NCBI GenBank assembly: GCA_965153285.1 | Contig: OZ229110.1 | Strand: one strand, 5' to 3' | DNA length: 64,000 nt | Origin: Podarcis tiliguerta | Lineage: Eukaryota | Notes under the pieces: generated by a model | What the model saw: only the letters and a program-made list of their open reading frames with translations | Told to the model about the DNA's origin: nothing | The model's database searches: none | Translations under genes and position numbers: made by a program | Part shown: positions 36,825 through 48,200 of the stretch, piece by piece | Layout: each line of letters begins with the position of its first letter | Position numbering within the stretch: position 1 is the first letter of the stretch

Positions 36825-37103
36825 CTAAGACATTAATGCTAGCTTTACAGCTGCTGCTTCCGACATCATTTGAAACCTCGAATGTGTATTCGCCGCTATC
36901 TTTCTTTTCGGTAGAAACAATCTTTAGCATAGAGACTGTATCGGTAACACTGATTTTATATTTGTGTCCCAATGTCAACTCTTTTCCATCTCTGAGCCAC
37001 TTGGCAGTAATATCTTTTGTTCCTGAAAATCTACACTGCAATGTGGCTGGGTCGCCTTCCGTGACATCAATTGAAACAGCTTTATCAGTGATGGTGGCTG
37101 CCT
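36825..37103 (-). CDS. TTN: Ig exon I39
   Basis: 279 nt, [14 protein letters not shown], donor gtttgt. Confidence 0.93.
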
Positions 37104-37207
37104 CTGTGATAAATACAGGAGCAAATATGAGCCTGGGTGACTTGAAGTGTAGATGATAGCAAAACACGATGCTATAAATTAAGGAGGTGGGAGTGAGCTC
37201 TACAAAC

Positions 37208-37486
37208 CTTTTACTGTTAGTAAAGCAGAGCATCTTTGGATTCCAGCATCATTTTTAGCCTGGCAAAAATATTTCCCATCATGCTTCACTTCTATGGCCC
37301 TGATCATAAGAGTGGCCACATTGTTCACAAAGGTCATTTTGGTGTTATCGTCTTCAACAATGTCATCATTATCTTTCAGCCAAGAGACTGTTATAGGCAT
37401 GGAACCTTTAATAGTTGCTTGAAACACTATTGTGCCTCCTCTAAGCGAGCTAATGTTCTCAATCCTCTTCACAAATTGTGGGGGTT
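37208..37486 (-). CDS. TTN: Ig exon I38
   Basis: 279 nt, [14 protein letters not shown], donor gtttgt. Confidence 0.93.
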
Positions 37487-37571
37487 CTATTGAAAGAATA
37501 GATGCCTTGGTGAGTATTAGCCTCAACTAAACATCAGAATTAAATTATTATATTTTCCAGGCGGTACTGAC

Positions 37572-37850
37572 CTTTCAGAGCCAACTCAGAGCTACAGACA
37601 CAGCTTCCTACATCGTTTGTTACCCTGCACTGGTATTCTCCTGCATCTGAAGAGTCAAACTTGAAAACCTGGAGGCTAATCAAGGAATTCTCAATGCTTA
37701 TTCTGTGCTTTCTACTGCTCCTCACAGGTTTGTTGTCCTTTAGCCAATAGACCTCAAAAGGAGGGGTACCTAGGACCTCACATTCCAGTATCACATCTGA
37801 GTCTTTTAACACTTCCCTTGGTTCAAATTCCTTGACAAAGTAAGGTGACT
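37572..37850 (-). CDS. TTN: Ig exon I37
   Basis: 279 nt, ESPYFVKEFEPREV, donor gtcagt. Confidence 0.93.
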
Positions 37851-37963
37851 CTATAGCACGAGACAGAAAGAAAAGAGTGGGGGTTGTTAATTGGTTCTGG
37901 GACCTTTAAAAGGCTTGAAAGACTTGCTGAGAAAATTGAGTGCAGGGGTACTTTTGCACACAC

Positions 37964-38245
37964 CTTTTACAACCACGACACTACTGCAGGTATCTTTCCC
38001 AGCATCATTTTTTGCCTCACATGTATATTCACCACAGTCTTCAAGAGTGACATCCAGGAGTCGGAGTACTGCTGTGGAGCCCACCAAAGTCATCTTGTGT
38101 TTGGCACTGTCTTTAATTTCCCTGTCATCCTTGAACCAAGAGATTTTAATTTCAGGCGTGCCTGTAACTTTACATTCTAATTGGGCGTATTCTCCTTTCT
38201 TAATCAACTGCGATGGCTCAAGTCTTTCCACGAAAGTAGCGGGTT
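37964..38245 (-). CDS. TTN: Ig exon I36
   Basis: 282 nt, EPATFVERLEPSQL, donor gtgtgt. Confidence 0.93.
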
Positions 38246-38374
38246 CTGTGGAATTAAAGAATGTTATTAAGAAGAGTTGTAGAAAGAGGTTAAGGGAAAA
38301 AACAAGAGGCAGCAGGCAAGAAACCTCAAATCGCCACGCAAGCATATCATCATAAGAGAAAGAGTTGTGCAAAC

Positions 38375-38653
38375 CTTGGACAAACAAGTTTGCACTGCAT
38401 GAGGCTGAACCAGCCGCGTTGCTGACTTTGCAAGAATAGGCGCCAGAATCAGCAGGTTTCACAGCGTAAAGCTCCAAGTAACTCGACAAAGCTTCCGTCA
38501 TGATGTAACAAGCTCCGCCAGTTGTTAGCTCAGCATCACCCTTAAACCATTGTACAGAGAGTGGCGCTGTTCCCTTAAATGTACTCTTCAAACGCACTGT
38601 GGACCCGGGAGATATTTCTTGAGACTCTGGCTCTGTCACGAAGCTAGGTGGCT
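38375..38653 (-). CDS. TTN: Ig exon I35
   Basis: 279 nt, EPPSFVTEPESQEI, donor gtttgc. Confidence 0.93.
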
Positions 38654-38784
38654 CTACACATTGTTTGAAAGAAAGAGTTGGAAAGAATCAGTAGCGCAAC
38701 TTAATGTAGTGAGGAGTTAAAAAGGGGGCGGGAAGAACGGTTAAAAGAGATACTGAGAAGAGAATGCAAAAGAAGATGTCAAAC

Positions 38785-39072
38785 CTTTTATCGTTAAAGT
38801 TCCATGGCTTTCCTTGCCCCCTGCAGAGTTAGTAGCTCTACAGGAATACACTCCTGCGTCATTGGTATCCAGGTGTTTGATGTCCAAAGACGCTGAACCT
38901 TCTTCGTAGCGTATTGCATACTTGGCGCTGGCAGTGATCTCTTTGTCATGCTTAAACCAAGACACTTTTATTGGAAGAGAACCTGATACTTTGCAGTCAA
39001 AGTGGCAGGAGCCACCAACCGCGCTATCGACGTTCCGCAGAGGTTTGGTAAAGAACGGAGGAAGGGTGCGAT
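38785..39072 (-). CDS. TTN: Ig exon I34
   Basis: 288 nt, DRTLPPFFTKPLRN, donor gtttga. Confidence 0.93.
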
Positions 39073-39204
39073 CTGTTCCAAGGCACAGCAAAGAAAAGAA
39101 AACCAATATATATCAAAAAGAGTGTTTTAGGAGTGTCCCCTCCCACCTCCCGCCTTCTAATTGTTCTACCATCTAAATCGCAGTAGCGCTACTGGATTAC
39201 CAAC

Positions 39205-39483
39205 CTAACACAGTAAACGAGGTGGTGCACGAACTGCGTCCAACATCGTTTGAAACTTCAAAGGTGATTTCGCCAGTGTCGTGCAATTCGGCGGTGTAGA
39301 ATTTCAACTGAGCAACATTGTTCTTAAAACTGATTCTATACTTTTTGTTAGAAGCCAGAGGCTTTCCGTCTTTGAACCATTTCGTTTTTAGCTCTGGAGT
39401 GCCTGCAACAGTGTATTCCAGAGTTGCTGGGTCCCCTGCCGTCACCTGAATGAATTCAGCTCTCTCAACAATGGTAGCAGGCT
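39205..39483 (-). CDS. TTN: Ig exon I33
   Basis: 279 nt, EPATIVERAEFIQV, donor gttggt. Confidence 0.93.
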
Positions 39484-39578
39484 CTATAACAGAATTAAAC
39501 AGGGGTCATTATAGAGCTAATGCGAACAATATGCCTGCGTATAAGAATTGTGTGATCTTAAAGTGCTCCTACACTGAC

Positions 39579-39857
39579 CTTTGACTGCTAATTCTCCAAA
39601 ACATGTTTGGCTTCCTGCATCATTCTCAGCCAGACATGTATATTTACCACCAGAACTAATCTGGACATCTGTGATTTGCAAAGTTGCAATGCCATTTTCA
39701 AAGGTCACTTTGACTTTGTTATCTTCTTTAATAATATCTTTCCCCTTCATCCAAGTGACAGAAATAGGAGCTGAGCCTCTCACAGCTGCCTGTAAGAAAA
39801 CTTCATCCCCAGCAAGTGCAGTAACATCTTCGATTTTCTTAATGAAAGAGGGAGGTT
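39579..39857 (-). CDS. TTN: Ig exon I32
   Basis: 279 nt, EPPSFIKKIEDVTA, donor gtcagt. Confidence 0.93.
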
Positions 39858-40117
39858 CTAATTTGAAAAAGAAAGAAAGGAAGAAAAACCCTTATCTATC
39901 ATTGCTTCATATGGTGCTTGGTGCTGCATTTAAGGCTTTTTAAAGAAAATAAATTGCCTTCTGGATACAATGGCAACGTCTTTTATGGATTTCTACCTCT
40001 GAATGTTAGGGGGAAATTTACCATTTCAATCTGGAGACAGAGGAACGAACCATTATTTGTTGAGCAATAAGTAAATGTCTTCCATTTGACAGCAGGCAAA
40101 TTAATCCAGGTGAAGTA

Positions 40118-40361
40118 GAGGTGAGGAACCTGTGGCACTCTAGATATTGTACTCCAACTCCCGCCCCATTAGCCAATGGTCAGAAATTATGGGGTCCAAC
40201 AACATCTGGAGGGCTACAGGTTCCCCATCATGGATGTAAACCAGGAGTGGAGAACCTTTGGTCCTCCAGATGTTGATGAACTACAAATTGGACATGCTGG
40301 CTGGGGCTGATGGGAATTGTAGTTCAGCAACACTTGAAGCACCACAGGTTCCCCACTACTG
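40118..40361. mobile_element. Two adjacent palindromic hAT-like MITEs; further copies near 6230-6350 and 49730-49965
   Basis: ggaacctgtgg...ccagatgtt / aacatctggaggg...caggttcccc arms; second copy 40242-40361 flanked by ATGTAAAC and GTGTAAAT (6 of 8 match, hAT-size TSD). Confidence 0.65.
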
Positions 40362-41096
40362 GTGTAAATGAGGGGACTAGGAAGAGTAAAAGAGGAATTC
40401 TTTTCCTGGGCACCAAAGCTTGCTTCTCAGAAGGATGTTGGGAGTAGAGATTTTGCCTTTTGGCTATGCTTTATGTTGGAATCCCTCTGATTTGCATGAC
40501 ATTATACTCCTCAACGCGGGTGGCGCTGTGGGCAAACCTATCAGTTCCTCTTTTTTTAAAAGTCTTAAATTGAGTCCTCACACTTCCACATCAGTTTGCA
40601 GTTTTTAAAAGAAGTCCTTGTGAAAATTTATCAGCATTTTCGTGTGAATTTCTTCTACCACACACATTTTTAATGCTGTTTTGCCCAATATTCACTATTT
40701 CCCAAAACTATTTTCCATTTTAGTATTCATTTCCCAGCTGGAACACTGCATTGCAAAATTCAGAGAATTGTGAATTTGAAAGGCTAGCCATGTTCTGGTC
40801 CGCATATTGTCTTGAAAGATAAGGTCACCTTTAAAAGAGAACTTAATTGACTTTCTCCCCCACCCCTAAACATGTGTAAAACAGCCTCTTGCTTGGGAAT
40901 TAATTTCAATGAAATCTGTTCTCTGCCTTTATTCCTGCGTTCAAGAATATAAGAAAAGATTCCAAGAAGCAACAAGACACAGAAAGAGAAGGAAAGGAGA
41001 CAACTAAAAAAAAAAAAAAAGGTTTCCACGAAAGAGTTATTTTCTCCTTTTGCACTATGTTAAAAATAGGTTTTGTTTGTTCACTTGCTCACTAAC

Positions 41097-41375
41097 CTTT
41101 CAGTATATATGTTGCACTGCAAACACATTTTCCAACTTCATTCGCTATGGAACATTCGTATTCACCAACATCTGCACTATTAAATGAAGAAATCTCCAGA
41201 GAGATAAGAGACTTTTGGGAAGTCAACCTGTATTTTTTACTACTGCGAATTTGTTTCCTGTCTTTAAACCAACTGATTTCAAATGGTCCAGTACCAGAAA
41301 CCTCACAATGAAGAGTAGCATTCATTCCTCTCACTATGTCGCCCGGCTCAAGAGTTTTGATGAAAGTAGGAGGCT
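41097..41375 (-). CDS. TTN: Ig exon I31
   Basis: 279 nt, EPPTFIKTLEPGD, donor gttagt. Confidence 0.93.
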
Positions 41376-41479
41376 CTATAAAATCATCAAAGCATGAATA
41401 AAGAATTAGTGACCGATAGTACACTTGCAACAGAACAGAGCACATTGAAAAGAAAGCACCCCTGGGTTTAAGAACAAAC

Positions 41480-41761
41480 CTTTGACAACAATCTCAGTAC
41501 TACAGCTGTCACTGCCAGCATCATTAGCTGCTTCGCACGAGTAACTTCCACTGTCATCAACTTTCACATTGGTAATATCTAGCACAGCCACGTTATTGGC
41601 AAAAGACATCCTCTGTGTGTCACTCTCTCTAATTTCTTTGTTATTTTTGTACCATGTCACCTGGATCTCAGGAGACCCTTTGATTTTGCACTGAAGATGT
41701 GCTGACTCTCCAGGAGTCAACAAGTAAGAGGGGTCCACTTTCTTCAGGAACGATGGTGGCT
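41480..41761 (-). CDS. TTN: Ig exon I30
   Basis: 282 nt, EPPSFLKKVDPSYLL, donor gtttgt. Confidence 0.93.
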
Positions 41762-42429
41762 CTAGAAGAAAAGTTCAGAAAGAAAGAAGCCTGAAATATA
41801 ACACCTTAAGAAGATCGATTTGATAGGACGATTACAAAGACAAGCTATTGAGAAGCATGCAGATATCTATCCAGGGCAAAACTCCAATTCCTGCCAGTGC
41901 TCTTAATTCTGCTTTTTATCATGGTAACCAGAACTTCTCTAAAGAATCACCTAGGACGGAAAAATAAATAAATGACAGTTTTAGTCAACACTGGAATAAA
42001 GTTTGCACATTTAAGGAAATCAGACAATAAGCTTTAGTAAAGACACAAAGACGAGTGAAAAAGATTGTAGCTTTTCTTTTTGCAAAGAAACACCACACCA
42101 CACTTGGAGAAATGTGCTATGATTAGCTTTTTCCTTCTTAATGTTACCTCTCGCTTCTTCATTATTCGGAACTAACAAATCGGTTCCACGTGGGACCGGG
42201 TTGCGCTCAGGCCACCAGGCCCCACCCGTGCCTCAGCATGGTGCAGGATAGTGTCCTGCGCCACGTTGAGGGTGACCCGGCCACGCCATTTGCCAGGTGG
42301 CCAATCAGGGCGTGGCGGGGGCCCACTTCAACCCGTGGTGCAACTCTGGCAGCTCCTCTTTGAAGCGCAACTACTATAAATAAGAAGACATAAATGGCAC
42401 CAAGTTTAGCAGGCCGACAATTTCCTTAC

Positions 42430-42993
42430 CTCTGATTGTTACAGTGGCCGAAGAAGAGCTACTTCCAGCCTCATTTGCAGCAGTGCATGCATATGTTCCC
42501 GAATCTTTAAGTTTAGACAGAGGGATATCAAGTGATGCTATCTTGTCTTCAAAGCAAATCTTGTAATCTTTGCCTGGAGGTATTCGGGTTCCATCCTTGC
42601 TCCAGGATACTGTGACTTTCCTGTCTTCATCCACTTGGCATTCAAGATGTATCTTCTTATTGACTGCAGACTGAACAGACTGCAGTTCCTTGACGAATCG
42701 TGGTTTATCAATGACAGCTATTTCTGCCTGGCAGATGTCTGCCCCAAATTTGTTTGAGGCTTTGCAGGTATATACCCCCCTGTCGTTTACTGTGAGGCGT
42801 GGAATCTCTAAACTGTGCTTATTCTCAGAAGCTGAAATCTTGCAGTGTTCTGTGGAAGATATGGCGGCACCATCTTTCTGCCACACTGTGTCGATTACGG
42901 GGGTGCCTGCCACTGTGCAGAGGAACCTGGCACTCTTACCCACAAAAGTAGTAATAGATTCGGGTCTGGTTAGAAAGGTTGGAGGAAACGCTT
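42430..42993 (-). CDS. TTN: Double Ig exon I28-I29 (exon 51 equivalent)
   Basis: 564 nt, EAFPPTFLTRPES...DKPRFVKELQS, donor gtaagg. Confidence 0.95.
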
Positions 42994-44090
42994 CTGCAAA
43001 AGAAAGGGGGGAAAGTTGACATGGGCTTGGCCAATACAGCAACCTTTTCCCCACACCCCAGCACCAAAGAAAGGAGACAGAAACACTGTCTCCATATACA
43101 CACATTAAATTGCCTAGAAATAATGTGCAGTAAAGATTGCCAAGACTCAATACATCCAGTAAATCATTAGGATGATCTAGCAGTTTTAAAAGCCATCTAG
43201 CTAGAGTTATTTGTTATCTAAAAGAGCAGTTTTAAAAGCCACCTAGCAAGAGTTATTTAGTCATGAAATTAGGTTTACATGTGACGATTTGAAGTGCATG
43301 TCACGAATTAACCAGCAATACAGATTCCAGTAAGATGAAAGGTATAGGCAATTATTATAGTAATAAAAAGGCCCAGGGAGATCTTTTAAAAGAGCGATGT
43401 CATTATGTATCCTTTATTCACTTCAAGATGGCTCCCACCACCCACTACGTCTGTAAGCATGGATCTCAAAGAGTAAATAAAATCGACTGCATCCCAGCAA
43501 GATCATGATCAGACGACTCAGTTAATACTATAATCTTTTTGAGAAGCTTAAGACATTTAAGAGCGAATGTTTATAGGTGAATATGACGGAATCAAAAAAC
43601 ATTTCAAATGCCTCTGGGCACAATCCATGCCATTGCTGCATTCTTCTCTCCTCCCGACCCCAGTGTGAAATGCTTTAAGTGTGGAAGTTCTTGCCTACAA
43701 TCTCCTTCGCCAACTGCAGTTCTTCCATCACTAGAGAGAGGTGCTTGTAATGTGTGTGCTTGTACCAAATGGTGCACATCTGAAATGAACTAGAGTATTC
43801 CCTTTATTATTCGTAAGTTTTCCTCCACGCTTAAAAGAGTTCGGAAATAATATACAATAATTACAAATCTGTTCTTTGACTCAGCTTCCGATGAGAATAT
43901 ATTTTTTGCTCCTGGATATGTACGTTGAACCTGGGGGCCGAATACCTGGTATTTTCTTCTATTTATATATGCACAGAAATGGAAATCCTTAGTTTGCTAT
44001 TGGCCCTAGATGCATTTTACCACATACTAATGGTGAACACATTCCGTTACCTAACAAGGAAGCAGCACAGGGTTCATGTCTCGCACTTAC

Positions 44091-44369
44091 CAGTTACCGT
44101 TAAGGTTGCTTTGCTGCTTACGCTGCCATACTTATTGGAAGCTTTGCAGCTGTATTCGCCACAGTCAACTACTTGCGGTCTCGGGATTTGAAGAGTGGAT
44201 GTATAATTAGCGGTGTGTATGGTATACTTGTCGCCATCATAGATTTCCCGACCGGCTCTGTACCATTGAAACCGTACGTCTGGCGCCATCTCGATCTCGC
44301 AGGTGAACTTGGCAAGGTGGTTCACAGCGACTTCTTGGGATTCCAGCCTTCTCCTCAGTATGGGTCCAA
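44091..44369 (-). CDS. TTN: Ig exon I27 (exon 50 equivalent)
   Basis: 279 nt, phase 1-1, VGPILRRRLESQEVAVNHLAKFTCEI, donor gtaagt. Confidence 0.95.
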
Positions 44370-45268
44370 CTGAAGTTAAAAGTGAAAGAATAATGTGGTT
44401 ACAACCATCCACGTTCATGTGGATATTGTAATACTAATAGCATGTATGGTGCTTAGAAGTGTACATTCCAAAACACTGTTAATAAAGTGACCAACAGAAA
44501 TGAGATGTGTGGTTTCATGAGCTATCCAAGGAAAGTGGCTGTAAAGAAAAATGGTTGTCAGAGGTGAAAGCAAACCGAAAGCAGTGCCCAGTCTACCAGA
44601 GGGCTACATACACTGCAGTGCATAATGGAACTCTGAAGATACTCTGATGTGCTACTTACTATTAAAGGCATGCAAACAACATGATATATGAAATTATACC
44701 AGGTTGTACCAGAACATTTTCAACATGAAATGTGTGACATTATGCTAGAATGGTGCAATGGCTTCTACAACGTGCTGTGCAATCTCTTGGCACGTCTACT
44801 CAGAAGCAAGTCTCACTGTGCTCAGTGGGGCTTCCTCCCTAGTAAGCGTGTTCAGGATTGCATCTTTATTGTAGCAATGAAAAGGAAAAGTGAACCAAGT
44901 TGCTCTGTGGATATGGGGATGAAAGTGCTCCTAAGACATGCACTCTTTTAAAAAAATCTGAAATTACAAATAGTTTTATTTAACACTCATCATTCATGAA
45001 ACAAAAGTTGATTTTGTTTCAGTACCAAAAAGTGCAAAATGCAAATAAAAGGTGTGAATAAGAGATATATTTAAAGAAATAAAAGTTCTAAAGAGGAAAC
45101 AAAAAGTGGAGGATCTGTGATTAGTTTGGTGATGCACAGCTGAAGTTTATATACTTCTTATATCTGTATCCAAAATGCTACTAGAGATACAAATATGTAT
45201 ATGTGTGTTCTATTCAGTTAGCAAATGAGTGAAAATAGGAAAGCAATATTTTATCCCCATATTCCAAC

Positions 45269-48200
45269 CTCTTTTTACAACTGTGAGTTTCGCTGCTGCT
45301 GTTGTTTTTCCACCTTCATTCAGAGCCTCACAGGTGTACTCGCCTTGATGCACTTCCTTGAATGCTTGGTTGATTACTAGTGTGTATGTGTCATGGTCTT
45401 GCAAGCACTTGAACTCATTTCCTGAAGATACCAGCTTATCCCCAAAATACCAATTCACCACTTTAACATTTTCTATAATGGAAGTAAGACTTACGCTGTC
45501 ACCTTCTTCAACAACAGTGTCTATAAAACTTTGGTGCATGATGGGACAATCCCTGCTCACCAGACTGTCTTCTTGTTTGCTAGCCTTAACTACATGTGCC
45601 TCCTCTTCATTTTCCTCAAAAAGCTCTTCCTTTCTCTCTTTCACTTTTAGAGCATCTATTAACCTCTCAGCTGGGGCTGCTGCTACAGGAATATCAAGGG
45701 TGAGTGTGGTGGTACCTACATCTTTAATGTGCTCACTTAGAGCAATAGTTTGGACTTCTTGAATAGACACAAGCTGCTCCTCCTGTATTTCTGATTCAGT
45801 ACTCAGGTAAGCATGATGTGGCTCAGGTGAACCAATGATATTACTGACAGATTGTTGCTGAACAGGTGTCTCAGTTACAGTAGCAGACTGCATTAGTTTG
45901 GAAGGGGAACAAGAAGCAAGCAACTTGTGGTGTTTAGGTTCTGCTATGGCACTGGGTTCCTCTGCTGTCAGAACATGTTTCTCATCATAAATAATGGAAT
46001 GAACAGCAGCTTGCAATTCGCTTTTGAAATCAGCTGTCTGAGAATATATTCCATCTAGAGAGAGAGTTATTTCTGCAGTATTGGAACTTTCCAAGATTAT
46101 AAGACAAGTACATGTTGCATGTTTAGGTTCTTTGATCACTGTTACACTTTTTAATTGAACACTCTCAATATCATCGAAAGCATCCAATGGAAATAAGTGC
46201 TGTTCATTTGTCAGAGCTACTTTCAGGGCCCTTCTGATCTGAGCCTTCATATCTAAGCTACAACATACTGGAGTCTCAGCTGCAAGTTCTTCTTCTTTCC
46301 GAAGCACTTTGTTTTCCCATGTTTCAGGCACATCCATAAGCAGCCCCAGTTGCTTTTGGGCCTTTACATTCTCAGCATCTGGCCTTGCGATCTTGTCCAA
46401 GTGCTCTTCCTTCAATGGCTGTTTTTCCTCCAATAACAACGGGAGTCTGACTGACTGACCTTCTTGGATGCGGGCTGCAAATTCTTGCTCTGTGGCTTCC
46501 AAGAGATCGATGCTCTCTATCGGAACACCTTGCTCCTCAACGCAGGTGGATTCTGAAGGCAACCTGGGCTCAGACACCACCTCACAACTCATGGCCTGAA
46601 CAGCCTCAAATGGCTCAGCATGTCCGACATCCAAGACCCTCCCTTCAGTCACATCAGATACCTGCATCACTGTTTGGAAGTCTTCCTTCCTCAGCGTAGC
46701 TTTCTGCTCTTTTCCTACTTCGGAGAGGATTTCCTCTTTGGGCAGAAGCATCTCCTCAGCCACAGTGGTCAGACACTTACGAAGCTGAGGCTCTGCTATA
46801 GCCAGAGGGTATTCTCCGGCAATGCCACTCTGAAAGGTCTCTAGGGCCTCGGCAGCTATCTGGTTTTTTTCCTCAGACGCCACAGAACGTTTGAGCATTA
46901 TTTCAGCTTTCTGCAAAGCATTTTGGGGTTCAGGTTCTTGTACAGCCAAGATGCCTTCCTTAGGCAACACTTGCTCAGTTTGGCTCGTTTGGAGATGCAA
47001 CACAGAAATGGGCTCCTGGGTGACCTGAATGCTAACTGCCTCTGCCAGAGGAGGAAACTGCTTAGCATCTTCACAAGAGGTGGAGACTTGTTCTTCTGTT
47101 ACTAAGCAGTGTAGCAAACATGGGCTTTTCCTAGACAGTGCCTCATCTTCCAGGGGCATCTCAGAACTAAAATGCTCTTCTCTAGGAAGCGAGTCTTGTC
47201 CATGTACAACAGGCAAATGCAGTGGCTTTTCACCCTCTCTTTGGATTTCCGCTACCACCACGCAGTCTAACCTGGGAAGGTCCTCAGTGTGTTCATCAGA
47301 GAACTGCTGCTTTTCTTCAGCAACCAGAGCTGTTTGGACAAGCCTGTCCTGTTCCAGCGAGCCCTTCTGCTGCTCTGCAATGGTTGCATCAAAGGCGGAC
47401 TCTTTGGGGAACATCTGTTCAGAGGCAATCGTAGCCACATGTAATACATTGGATGATTCTTGGGTTGGATGAACTTCTGCAGGTGAATCAGCATAATCAA
47501 TTGCCTCAGCATGAGCTTCACTTATCTTGCATTGTTCTGCTGCTACAACAGACTGAAAAAAGCTGCCTTGTTCTTTAGCTGGTGTGACATTCTCCCACTT
47601 GTGTGTGTGGTCTGCCAAAGAACTTTCCTTGGACAATTCTTGGATGCCCTCAATTCTAGGAACACACACTGCATGTTTAGGCTCACTGGTTTCAATAACT
47701 TCCTCAGCTCCTGGGACTGAGAATACAGCAGACTCACCGGGGCTTACCACATATTTCTCCTCAGATATAATGGAGGCAAATTGAGATGTTTGCTCTATAG
47801 CTGACATTGGCCTGACCATTTCTGGAAGCTTGGTTTGCAGCCCCTTTTCTTTGTCTTCTTGGTTTATTTCCTCCACAACAGGTAAACAGATGTCAGAAAC
47901 TTGGTGGCACCAGGAACCCGGCAATTCGACTATTGGTGGGCTTTGAATTGGTTCAGAGTGTTGCTCTAGGAAACCGGGGTGCTCCTTCACCTCACCTGTG
48001 GTAAAAGCTGAAGAAGCCACCTTTTCATTGGCCTGAGATGATGGATCTGCAATTTCTCCAACTTTGTGAGACTCAAGCAAGGCTACTTGTTGGGTCAGAA
48101 GGGCTTCCTGCTGTACAGTAGCTGTTGAGTAGGAAGCCACCTGCAAAACGTCTACCTCTTCACTATGTAGTGATTGCCTATCTTCAGTTCCAATTGTATA

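Noticed and set aside
43179-43260. 46-bp-period direct duplication (agcagttttaaaagcca...agagttattt)
   Set aside because: Simple local intronic tandem duplication with no sign of function; the same applies to the 15-bp duplication near 14928-14960.
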